DNA of 63,875 nt, the filler included, from Blastocystis sp. subtype 4 (Eukaryota): the NCBI RefSeq assembly GCF_000743755.1. It is 51 parts of 51 records of this genome, joined end to end, with 100 filler letters (N's around TTAATTAATTAA, not from the genome) between each part and the next. Parts side by side here need not be neighbours in the genome. Positions count along the whole stretch, not along the records: positions 51,110 to 52,126 come from NW_014568561.1; positions 52,227 to 53,234 come from NW_014568559.1; positions 53,335 to 54,338 come from NW_014568558.1; positions 54,439 to 55,441 come from NW_014568556.1; positions 55,542 to 56,558 come from NW_014568554.1; positions 56,659 to 57,689 come from NW_014568545.1; positions 57,790 to 59,389 come from NW_014568507.1; positions 59,490 to 60,906 come from NW_014568506.1; 43 more parts are not named here. The stretch is one strand, 5' to 3'. How positions within the stretch are numbered: the stretch's first letter is position 1; every line of letters begins with the position of its first letter. Shown here piece by piece: positions 51,110 through 62,703 of the stretch. The notes beneath the pieces were generated by a model, which saw nothing but the letters and a program-made list of their open reading frames with translations, ran no database searches and had not been told where the DNA came from. The translations under genes and the position numbers were made by a program.

Positions 51110-51472
51110 GAACCTTCTTTCCAGTGCTTTCATCTCCAGTCAAAACCTTTACCAGATTCTCAGGAGATACTTCTGTCTTCTCATAATCCACAACAACACC
51201 AGCATAGATATCACGAGCATCATCACCAGGGAAAGGATTGAACTGATCATAAGGAACATCGTTGAACATCAGTAATAATGTGGTCAGGATCAATACCTCC
51301 ACCCTTCACAATCTGATAAGCGTGCGAACTATAGAATGAGAAATATGAATAAAATGTACATATCAGCATGATGACGGTAATTGCTGTAACCTTCAGATCC
51401 ACACACCAACACAATCCAGTTAGTAGCTGAGGCCAATGCCAATACCAGCAAAGCAATTGAAAGGGATTTCAT
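51110..51472 (-). CDS. LGMN: Legumain (C13 asparaginyl endopeptidase), N-terminal part, with a frameshift and small deletion
   Basis: Signal peptide, NWIVLVCGSEGYSNYRHHADI.HAYQIV, NPFPG, DIYAGVVVDY..VSPEN. Confidence 0.85.
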
Positions 51473-53334
51473 AGTCTACAAAAGAATGAGCAATAGTATC
51501 GAGAATTGCTCAACGGATGGTAGTATCGGAACACTTCATCGCCGAAAATAGTCTTGAAAAGTGGAAGTACTGGTGACACACTCCCTCTGATGAGGATACG
51601 AACACTCTTTTTCACAACTAATTATTCTGCGGATTTAAAGCAGGGTATCCTATAGTCATTTTATAAGGAGTTCTTTCGCATGGTCCAAATTAGCTGCTCG
51701 AGAATGGTAATAAGAGACTATTCAATAATGTAATCCATTTTTGAGAGCCCCTTGCATAGGAGCAACTGGATATTAAACGACATGATCTAATAAACCATAA
51801 GTCAGAGTACCGATCTTATAGTTCCAAGTGAATGACAACTATCACCTCCAATCTGTCATACTATTACAAGTTACTAATAGAATATGATATATAATAGAGT
51901 GGAGGGTATGGTAGTATATTGCATAGTATGAATACATATTCTATCACAAGTACTTCATAAAGTAGGATTGAATCTATTACTGTACTTATGAGGGTTTGAT
52001 GGAATTGTGAATGTGAACAAACAGATCAATGAAGTGGTTCAATTCCAAATGCATATCCAGCAATTCCTCCATAATTGGCATTCGTTTCAGAAGAAGTCAT
52101 TGGAAGTCTGAGTTGGATAGGTTCACNNNNNNNNNNNNNNNNNNNNNNNNNNNNNNNNNNNNNNNNNNNNTTAATTAATTAANNNNNNNNNNNNNNNNNN
52201 NNNNNNNNNNNNNNNNNNNNNNNNNNGAATGAATATAGGATTAATGAAAGTGTCAAAAAGAGATTGAATGAATCTAGTCTTTGAATGAGTAATAGTAGTG
52301 ATATTGAATACTGTTGTTTGAATGATAGCAATTATGAGGTTTCTTTCTTGGATTGATAGTGAAAGCAACATGATTCTTCACTGTCTATTCTGAAACAATC
52401 CATTTCTCTTAGTATCAACTGATTGAATGAATACAAGAATGTATGTCCAAAGAATCCAGAATCTGTTTCAGAATAGAGAGAATGCATTTGAATACTCTGT
52501 CATTGTTAGATGGATTCTTGGTGACTATTAGATGCCTCTGTGTTAAAGAGGAGAGTGTATTGAATATTCTACACATCTGCTGTTACTACTTCATAATTCA
52601 TGTTCTTAAGATGATTTTGAGCCACAGTAGAATCAAGAATGATTGTTCCATTTTCTAGTCCACTCTTCTATTATTGTATTCATGAGATCATCCAGTTTAT
52701 CCATTTTGATATGATGCAGAATCCTTCAATCAATCCTCTTCCTATCTGTATTTGTAGTTCAATGAGAGGAGGATTCATTTGTGATTTGACTCTTCTTGTT
52801 TGTTCTATTCATGATTCTCAAATTGAATAGAAGATGAGAGAATCGTTGAATAAGAGTTCTTTGATCTAATATCAATGAAATGAACTGTTATCATTCTATC
52901 AGTTTTCACAGATTCATTGTAACTCTATTCAAATAGAACTAGAAACGATAACACTAGGTGTTGACTGATAGTATGAGATGGAATATTGGTTTATTAGAAT
53001 GAAATCAAGAACTGAATCTCGATATTGGATTGAATTCTATCATTATGAACAATGGTTGATTGATAATGATCTATTGAATTCAAGAGAATGTTATTGTTTG
53101 ACTCATAAGATATGTGATGAATACTTGATTGGATTGAGTGAATATGTTCTAGAGATACAAGAGGAATACAGTGAAATCCAAAGTGTCTAGATTGATTCAG
53201 TGTTTCAGAAGTGCTGTTAGTGGCAGTAAGTTGGNNNNNNNNNNNNNNNNNNNNNNNNNNNNNNNNNNNNNNNNNNNNTTAATTAATTAANNNNNNNNNN
53301 NNNNNNNNNNNNNNNNNNNNNNNNNNNNNNNNNN

Positions 53335-54240
53335 GTTGAATGAAGTGATTATTGGTGAGAATAGTCTGAGTTCATTGAGTCATTCGTGAGGAATTGAGTG
53401 TTGATTGATGACTAGATACACAGTGAATAATCGTAATACCTTGTTGAGTATTCCTTGGTATGTAACTGCACTGACTGTAACTGCCAATTCATGTAATGAA
53501 GATACCATTAATGTGGTTGATTTGAGTTCATTCAAGTTTCTTCGAAGTGTTGTGATTGGTAATGAATGTTTCAAGTATGTTCGGATATTGTCGATAGTTG
53601 GACTCAATTGGCTTGAATCAGTCAGTATTGGTTATAGAAGTTTTGGGAGTGATGGTTCATTATTGGTGGGCAGTGAGTTCAAGATTGTGAATTGTCCACA
53701 ATTGAAGAGTTTGAGTATTGGATATCGTTCATTTGGTCGATACAATGGATTTGAATTGTGTCAGTTACCTCAACTGAAATCTGTTGTAATAGATAATAGT
53801 GCTGATGGTTTTTGTTTTCGATATGCTCGTAAAGCAGTATTCAGAGGTATGAATGATGGAAGAGATGGATTGTAGACTTGCCATCATTGGAGACTATTGA
53901 TCTAGGATCTTATGCCTTCCAGAATGCAGAATATGTGGTATTTGAAAGTATGTGATAATAGGAATTGAACATATCAGATCTTCCTAAGTTGACAGTGTTA
54001 CGATTAAAGCACTTGTGTATGGAGGGTTCGACTTCTACAAAGACAACTGATGTAATTCCCTATTACTATAAGAATACTCTTATCATGAGGAGTATGTATG
54101 TTAAGAGTTCTTATCATCAGATCTACCATCTTTGAGGACACTAAGCATTAGTAGTGGAGTATTTGGGAATATGGGTTTTGTAAGGTTAGAAAGTATCACA
54201 TTTGAAACTATCAAACAATAGATATTAGATCACCTCTCAA
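53335..54240 (+). CDS. Variable LRR protein family A, partial; homology breaks at about 54241
   Basis: Homolog of 14106-15209. Confidence 0.78.
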
Positions 54241-55074
54241 TAGTAGTAGTGTTTTGACGCATGTTACGTATTTTTATTATCCAGACAAACCGTCGCAAAC
54301 ATGGGCCTCCAACCCTGGGTAGCTATACACGCTTAACCNNNNNNNNNNNNNNNNNNNNNNNNNNNNNNNNNNNNNNNNNNNNTTAATTAATTAANNNNNN
54401 NNNNNNNNNNNNNNNNNNNNNNNNNNNNNNNNNNNNNNACCTCCCCCATTTTCACTAAATTCCCCTTAACGAATCTATAACTAATTTTTACCAAACCAGC
54501 CTACCCTACTCAATCCAACCTACATTAAGCAACCACTCTCCCCTCTACTAACATTAATCAACTAGTATCTTTACCCCTTAATCCCCTTTATACATCAACA
54601 ACGTATATTTGAAGTCTGTTTGATTGTTTCTTCTGATCACATATTAGTAGTAGCAACTGCACACTTGGCCTCTGGCCTTTGTAGGAACTATCTTCTCATC
54701 ATTCTGGTATTCATCATCTATTCTCATTCACACAATGTCTGTTTGAGAACGGTGTCTCATCCACATACTCGGTCATCATTAGGACCTAACTTATGAATGT
54801 GAAATGCTACCATTCTCACCCAAACTTCGTGTTGTCAGGGTATATCGTTCATTTCATGAGAAGTCACCCTACTATTCTTTAACAGGAATAGTGTTTGGAT
54901 TCATGAACTCTCAACCAATCACTCGAGACTGGGACCACTCGGGAACTAGTCCAAGGCCTTAATGGTATGAACGTTAAGTGCCCTCTACGGCATCTAAGTA
55001 GTGTTTATCAACAACCCTAACAATCCATGTATTCATTATCAACAATCATTTCAGCATTCCCCTTAATTCACAGT

Positions 55075-55342
55075 TAACCACTATTCTGTCGAATGAACCG
55101 ATCAAGACAATCAGCATCTCAATCATTATCAATCAATCAATCATACTTGAACTATCCAACTCATCCACATTCTCGAATGCACAACTATCCATCTGAATTT
55201 CATCTAGAGTAAGTGATGGAATGTCTAATTCAAATTCAATCATCAATCATTACTATCCAATTCCACTTTCCTTATTTGGATGAAATTGTAATCATCTCCT
55301 TTAAATGAAGATAGAGAAGGAAGATCTCATCAATCAATTATC
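55075..55342 (-). pseudogene. LRR family B 3' exons, interrupted by an element end inside an intron
   Basis: Matches 47722-47985 and 31090-31350; the intron 3' half GATAATTGATTGATGAG abuts the element end. Confidence 0.6.
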
Positions 55343-55441
55343 GAGGCCTGAGGCCGTGCGTGCTCTGCGGAGGGCGCGGCGCAAGCGCCGCACCTCCTTG
55401 AGCTGACGCTCAAAAAGGAGTGCAAAATGGTTAAGTAAATA
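55343..55441 (-). mobile_element. Element terminus with long GC hairpin
   Basis: Matches 19838-19934 and 57790-57888; hairpin 55358-55409. Confidence 0.6.
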
Positions 55442-55541
55442 NNNNNNNNNNNNNNNNNNNNNNNNNNNNNNNNNNNNNNNNNNNNTTAATTAATTAANNN
55501 NNNNNNNNNNNNNNNNNNNNNNNNNNNNNNNNNNNNNNNNN

Positions 55542-56558
55542 ACTCCAGTTGAAGCATCAACAGTGAGACCAGCAGGCAGAGATCCTGAGAACACAGACAC
55601 AACAGCTGTTCTCTGAAGTGTGGGAGTCAATGAGAAGGATAATCCCTCACCAATGATGAAGCTTGTTTGAGGGAAGAAGATATACTCTGGAATTACCTCA
55701 ATTGATATCTGGACTGAAGTACTTCCAGCTGCATTTCTAGCAGTTATGGAGTAAGTGACAGACAAAGAGGCTGTTGTTGGAATTCCAGAAATCTCTCCTG
55801 TAGTAGAGCTCAAAGACAATCCAGCTGGAAGAGACTGGGAACTGATCTCCCAGTTGGTAGCAATGTNTAATGGAATACCAGTAGATACAGTCTGACCAAT
55901 CACAAATACGAATCCTGTTGAGGAATAACGAACATTCTCAGGTGGCAATAGTACACAATGAGTAGTCACTTCAGGACCCAAAGATCCATTTCTACACTCA
56001 CGATATGAATAACCACGATATCCATATCCACAATTCTTCACAGACATCTCACCTTCATTCACAGAAGGATATGCTCCTTCTCCAGCACATATTGCTCCCA
56101 CAGGCTTACAATAAGCCATATGAATCGAAGCCAGCGACATGGAATCACTTCCAACCTTGGTAATCTCCCATCGATACTTTCTGAATGTTGACATTGAGAT
56201 AGACACAGGGATTTGAGGTTTTGTTCGAGAAGTGATTGTTGTGTTCTCCAAATCCAAAATCATGACTGGTTCCTCAGCAGTATTGTTAGGATGATAATAA
56301 CCATTGATAGTGAAACCCCAAGAGATATTAGTAAAACCAACCATGTTGAATGAGTTCCATTTGCTTCCAACCAGATTCTCAACAGTCCATTCAATATAGG
56401 TTCCAATCGTATTTGGAACAGTATCAGTAGTGTAAGGATTCAGATCCATGACTTTGGCCACGGCAGTGTGAGACAACCTATTTGACGATAGTGAAGAATA
56501 AGAATCAACAACAGTAGAACAGTCTTCAACTCCAAATACTCCAGTAGCATCAAACACA
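55542..56558 (-). CDS. Variable surface protein third module + Cys-rich repeat + Ig repeats, partial
   Basis: Open ORF; CAGEGAYPSVNEGE..CGYGYRG..RECRNG; LPAGLSLSSTTGEISGIP. Confidence 0.75.
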
Positions 56559-56658
56559 NNNNNNNNNNNNNNNNNNNNNNNNNNNNNNNNNNNNNNNNNN
56601 NNTTAATTAATTAANNNNNNNNNNNNNNNNNNNNNNNNNNNNNNNNNNNNNNNNNNNN

Positions 56659-57689
56659 TCTCTATGAAGACTTCGGATACTCGAACAGACACAAACCAAT
56701 ACCAACACAAATCCAACATCACAACCTCAACTCATCCCACTTCATTCCTACCATTCATACTCACTACCATAATCTCAGTAGAATTCACTCCAGATCAATC
56801 ACACCTGAACATCTACTCAATCACAGACCACAAGCAACAGTACCATCAATCACAGAATACTCGATATAATCACCATCAAATTCAGGACTAATCGAGAAGA
56901 GACTCTTGATTCCTGTGTAATACACATCCACACAATAGTGAACTACTGTTCCGAGAATACCAGTTGTGAACGACAGAGGGAAGCTTTCATTACTCACTGC
57001 ATTCTCTGCTTTCATCACCACATTCTGATCTCTCATTCATTGAGAACGAGATCCAGAAATCATTCCATTCACTCAATCCAAACTCAAACCAGCACGCAAT
57101 TCACCTGATTCAATCGAATAGACACGAACATCTCCACTCATCAAAGGAGTATCTGAGAATGAATGGGATCGACGCAGAATGTAGGTTGATTGAGGATAGG
57201 AGAAGGCACAGAGAGGAAGGAGAACAGTGAATCTCAGAACAACCTTCTGACTGGCTCCATCACTCTGACCATTGACAGTCACACACTGCGAACAAACCCT
57301 TTCTGTTGGAGTTCCACAAATGACTCCAGTTCAACCATCAACAGTCACACCAGCAGGCAGAGATCCTGAGAACACAGACACAACAGCTCTTCTCTCAAGT
57401 GTGGGAGTCAATGAGAAGGATAATCCCTCACCAATGATCAAACTAGTTTGAGGGAAGAAGATATACTCTGGAATCACTTCGAGTGATACTTCACCTGAGG
57501 CAGATCCAACATCATTTTTAGCAGTTATAGAGTAAGTGACAGACAAAGAAGCCCTTGTGGGAATTCCACAAATCTCTCCTGTACTACAGCTCAAAGACAA
57601 TCCAGCTCGAACAGACTCCGAACTCATCTCCCACTTCCTACCAATGTTTCTGACTAATGGAATACCACTACATACAGTCTGACCAATCA
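56659..57689 (-). pseudogene. Ig-repeat stalk copy riddled with coding-strand C-to-G substitutions
   Basis: 57323-57689 aligns to 55542-55902; TCA-to-TGA stops and P-to-R, S-to-C, T-to-R, Q-to-E changes. Confidence 0.75.
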
Positions 57690-57789
57690 NNNNNNNNNNN
57701 NNNNNNNNNNNNNNNNNNNNNNNNNNNNNNNNNTTAATTAATTAANNNNNNNNNNNNNNNNNNNNNNNNNNNNNNNNNNNNNNNNNNNN

Positions 57790-57888
57790 CATTTTCTTTT
57801 ACCATTAAGCATACAATTCTTGCGTCAGCACAAGGAGGTGCGGCGCTTGCGCCGCTGCCTCCGCTGTGCACGCTTGGCCTCAGGCCTC
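57790..57888 (+). mobile_element. Element terminus with long GC hairpin (variant)
   Basis: Same terminus as 55343-55441 with a compensatory GCAC/GTGC stem change. Confidence 0.6.
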
Positions 57889-60229
57889 TATGTGATATCT
57901 TCATGTTGTGGAAAGATGATTGTGGGAATGAGACATCTTGAATTCATTGCTTATAATGAGAGTGTAAGTATTGGAGTATCAATATGGTCTTTCATTCCTA
58001 TTCTTTACACATTGATCCAGTTTCAATAATTCTCAACCTTTGAAACAAGAATATGGCAGATTATGGACAAGAATAGGTAAATGATAGAAATCATGTAGTC
58101 CAGATAATCAAGGAAATGGATTCTTTATGGATAATATCAATACAGAGGTTATCCATGTTTGGGAAGAAGATGGTACCGAATAGCGCTTCTTTCTTCGTAA
58201 CGACATATTGTGTGGAAATAATGAACTCTATGATGTACTGTTAATGTGAGGATGCATATCGATAAACAGGATTCTTGATACTACATAGGTGAGATAGAAC
58301 TGAAATGCAAATGATGGGAATAGGAAAGGATGTAGATAACAGGATAATATCACAATCTAATCACAAACACTTTGTGGATAGTACTGATATGAAGATTTTG
58401 GATGTTGTTTCTGGGTTTTGTACTAATTGCCATTGAAGGAAATCAATTACTCTGGTTGATGAATTGTTATACACTTAGTACTCTGATACTATTACTATCA
58501 AACAAAAACATAGTATGTAAGAAAAATGGAATGCTTAGCTATACTTAAGAATCTGGTAAGTAATCTAGTCATTACAAAGAATTCACTACAATCAACCTTT
58601 CAACATGTTATCAAAACAATAGCACAATACATTCAATCATTCATATAACGATAGATCTCCTTATCAATTAGTGATTCATGAGATNAATCTTGATCAATGA
58701 AGTACCGAGTAACTCTGATCTTTCCTTCTGTTATTGTACAATCAATTCTTTAAACATATTCAACAACTGTTGGATCAACAAACGAAAAGTGAAATGCTGA
58801 ATGTTGAATTAGACGAACTATTATTATGATCTTAGTACAATAGATACAGGAAATAATACTATTATTGATAATGACATAAAGATAAGATCAATTCTCTCAA
58901 ATTGTGAGTAGTTCATGAGGAGGAGATTCAATTCCATCTTCAAATACAACAGGAAGCTTGTTTTGTTTTTGGTGATAGCATTATATCTTTCTTTCTTTCA
59001 ATCCTTGAGGAAAGCATATGATCTGATCATCATTCCTCTTCAATCTCGAACAACTGATGTTTCTTTTATTCTGTACCTCTGGATTATCATAACAAATAGA
59101 AATACGTATTCAATCGATGATGAACAATATGTTTGCAGTAAGAGAAAGGATAATGTCACTTCTCATCTTCTAACCAGTGAAATATCATTATCTTTCTTAT
59201 CAATAGCCCACAAATACTCATTATCCAATACTATCATTGTGAGTATAAAGAGTCTTTCAATCAATTGTACTCAAGGTGAAACATGCAAGGAATACACAGT
59301 TCTCACTCTATTAGCTATGTATCGAAGACTCTATGGAATCAATGTGGTTGTGTTCACCAATGATACCAATACTATTCAAGTATCAAAGGNNNNNNNNNNN
59401 NNNNNNNNNNNNNNNNNNNNNNNNNNNNNNNNNTTAATTAATTAANNNNNNNNNNNNNNNNNNNNNNNNNNNNNNNNNNNNNNNNNNNNTACAATAATCA
59501 ATAATTGAAAATGAGAATGAAGATTCAGATAAGGAACACACAAATACTCCATTCCACTTCCATAAGGGATTGTAGGATAATTCTTGTTGTTGATTGTTCG
59601 AAATGAGAAATGCTTTCCAAATCTATGATAACAATCCAATTCCACTTCACATTCATCACAAATTCGATACTCAAGAGAAACAAAACTCAAGTATTGTTTT
59701 AATCACTCTCAACTCCTATCGGTCCTACAGTCTTTAGAACTACTCATTCTTGTTTATTACTGATATGTGATTCTAGAAACCAGTTTGAAGAATGATTTTG
59801 ATTAGTAGTCTTGATACATCAAAAGGGAATAATGATACACAACTAGTCATTTGTACTAAACTGTCATAGTATCTTCCATTTGTCAAAAGAGTATTAACAT
59901 CCATGTGATTATTATACTACAACCAGGTAGATGTGAAGAGTAATTGAATTAGCATTCTCTGAAAACAGTAGTGATATACATCAAGTACTGTTGTTTAAAT
60001 CCAGTACCTTGATTGTATCATAACAGTAATCCCGAATCAAGAAAGAATGTTAAGAATCAAACGAGAATGAAATGCTGAAAGAATTGAAAAGAAGAAAGAG
60101 ATACTGATTTGAGAGTGTTAGATGAAGATGATTGAAGATTGATAAGAGTATTGATGATAGAAGTGAATATGATAACATATGAATGAAATAAAGATGATTT
60201 GAAAGAGAATGAGAATATGAAAGATGAAG

Positions 60230-60660
60230 TAGATATGAATTGATTGTTTGTCTGAAGAAGAGTGTTTGAGATTGTGAATTGATATTGATTGAATAGATGT
60301 AATGATATAGAATCGATTGAGATAGAATATGAGAATGATGATGATTTGATGAGAATAGTATCATTCAGAACAACAATTTGAGATAATAATGATATGATAA
60401 TGATTGAATATGATGATTGAATAGAATGAATATGAATAGAAGATGAAATGATAAGAGCATGAGTAGAATGATAATGAGATAGTATTTGGAGATAGAATGA
60501 GTAGATTTGTTAATCAATAGCATTTGTGATGATGATAGTAATGATGATATGATGATAGAACTAGCGCTTAAGGAGCATGAAATGTGAAAGAATCATGAAT
60601 GAAACTCTTGTATGCTCAGTGATATTGATAATCAAAGTAGTCACACTGTTCAATTGACTG
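60230..60660. repeat. Dispersed non-coding repeat, second copy at about 61845-62272
   Basis: About 430 nt of high identity, very C-poor on the + strand. Confidence 0.7.
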
Positions 60661-61006
60661 ATATTCTAATCACATGATCTTTCATTCTTCATTCAATTAC
60701 TTATGTTTGAACACAGTATGATGTAACTGAGATTGAATTTGTATTTGATTGATATGAATCAATCTGATATGAATGAATTGAAACACATTCTTTAGTTCAG
60801 TTTCTAATGTTCCAAGTATTTCTCATTTGATGATATAGTTAATAATAGATAGATGATGATTGAACAAGAATTGAAAGGATATGAAATGAATATGAAAACA
60901 ATGTATNNNNNNNNNNNNNNNNNNNNNNNNNNNNNNNNNNNNNNNNNNNNTTAATTAATTAANNNNNNNNNNNNNNNNNNNNNNNNNNNNNNNNNNNNNN
61001 NNNNNN

Positions 61007-61672
61007 CATAATGATTTGTACTCCATATCCTGAATTGTATGAACTCTTTGATGAAGAGATTCAGAATGGAAGAGTGATATTGGTACATTTTGAATGGCCA
61101 ATACCTACCTTTGCATTGTCTCAAAGACAATATCAAGCAGCTTCAATGACTACTTGTTTTCATCGATATCGTCGAAATGTCAAGACTCTATTCTTTGTTG
61201 ATGTTGATGAATACATTCATAGTGTATCAAGTCCTTTCAATTTCAAACCAATTCTATCTTCATTGATTAATTCTGGTTATGATCGTGCACATGTAATGAA
61301 ATGAATATGATTTCAATGTAGATGTCAAACATATTTATGGTAGATGGAAACAATTCTTGTTTGAATCGAGAAGAACACTTTGTGAAGGGAGATCTATTCG
61401 ATGTATACAACTACCAAGTGATGGTCTCCAAAGATCATAGGAAAAAGAATGTTATGTTTTCTTCATTTGATGGAACGATTGGAGTTCATAATGGCTGTTG
61501 TGGAGGAAAGACTACTCATATTCATTATGACATATTGAGAGTTGGTCACTTCAAGAGATTCACATCAAAACAATCAGGTGTGAAGAATGATTCAATGACA
61601 ATGTATTCTGAATCTCAAAAGGAGAATATGAAGAAGATTGTATCTCGTCATCCACATTTGTTTATGATCTAA
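61007..61672 (+). CDS. Glycosyltransferase family 92-like protein, C-terminal part
   Basis: Q..SMTTCFHRYR...LFFVDVDEYI motif, GVHN, ILRVGHFK; intron at about 61293-61321. Confidence 0.6.
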
Positions 61673-62703
61673 TCTGTTTCTTTTCCTGATTCAATTCCCT
61701 TCACATGATATTAAGAATGTGTTGACATTGAGAAAAAGGCAAATGAAGGTAACGATACACTTATTTTAGAATAGAATTGATATCTTGAATTTATTTGAAA
61801 GAGAATGAGAGTGAAATAGAATAAGGAAATAGAAGTGAATTTAATATATGAATTGATTGTTTGTCTGAAGAAGAGTGTTTGAAATTGTGAATTGATATTG
61901 ATTGAATAGATGTAATGATATAGAATCGATTGAGATAGAATATGAGAATGATGATGATTTGATGAGAATAGTATCATTCAGAACAACAAATTTGAGATAA
62001 TAATGATATGAGAATGATTGAATAGAATGATTGAATAGAATGAATATGAATAGAAGATGAAATGATAAGAGAATGAGTAGAATGAGAATGAGATAGAATT
62101 TGGAGATAGAATGAGTAGATTTGTTAATCAATGGCATTTGTGATGATGATAGTAATGATGATATGATGATAGGACTAGCGCTTAAGGAGCATGAAATGTG
62201 AAAGAATCATGAATGAAACTCTTGAATGCTCAGTGATATTGATAATCAAAGTCATCACACTGTTGAGTTGACTATTTCCCCGTTTTGATCTTCTAATCAT
62301 GTGATTCATCTTGCTTCTCAATAATCATCTCATTTCTGTTGATCTGAATACAGATTGTTGATAATGGATATCAATTAGAATGTAGATTGAATACTAAGAA
62401 TGAGTGACAACACAATCATCAATGAGGAGACACTCTATAGTGATAGTTATGATTTCAATAGAATGAATACAAGCATTCTAACATCCTTTCACTCTAATGG
62501 TTCTTCTATGTTGTTCAATCAAAGGAATTCACTTTTGTTGATTGGGTTATGATCTCTATTCTATTGTCTATTCCATTTGGAACTCATTATCCAGAATTGA
62601 ATANNNNNNNNNNNNNNNNNNNNNNNNNNNNNNNNNNNNNNNNNNNNTTAATTAATTAANNNNNNNNNNNNNNNNNNNNNNNNNNNNNNNNNNNNNNNNN
62701 NNN

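Noticed and set aside
54439..54600. C-rich stretch as a telomeric repeat
   Set aside because: No regular unit; it grades into a degenerate N-terminal module and may be low-quality sequence.
55343..55355. GAGGC pentamers as a polyomavirus-type origin
   Set aside because: Only two pentamers and no T-antigen-like helicase in the window; likely coincidence.
55343..55441. Canonical Helitron 3' end
   Set aside because: A hairpin is present, but shared sequence ends at CAGGSCTY rather than CTRR, and no RepHel is seen.
1161..62703. Regularly spaced TTAATTAATTAA between variable 1-kb units as a CRISPR-like or cassette array
   Set aside because: It always sits inside N runs of fixed length; it is an assembly linker, so no adjacency or array can be inferred.
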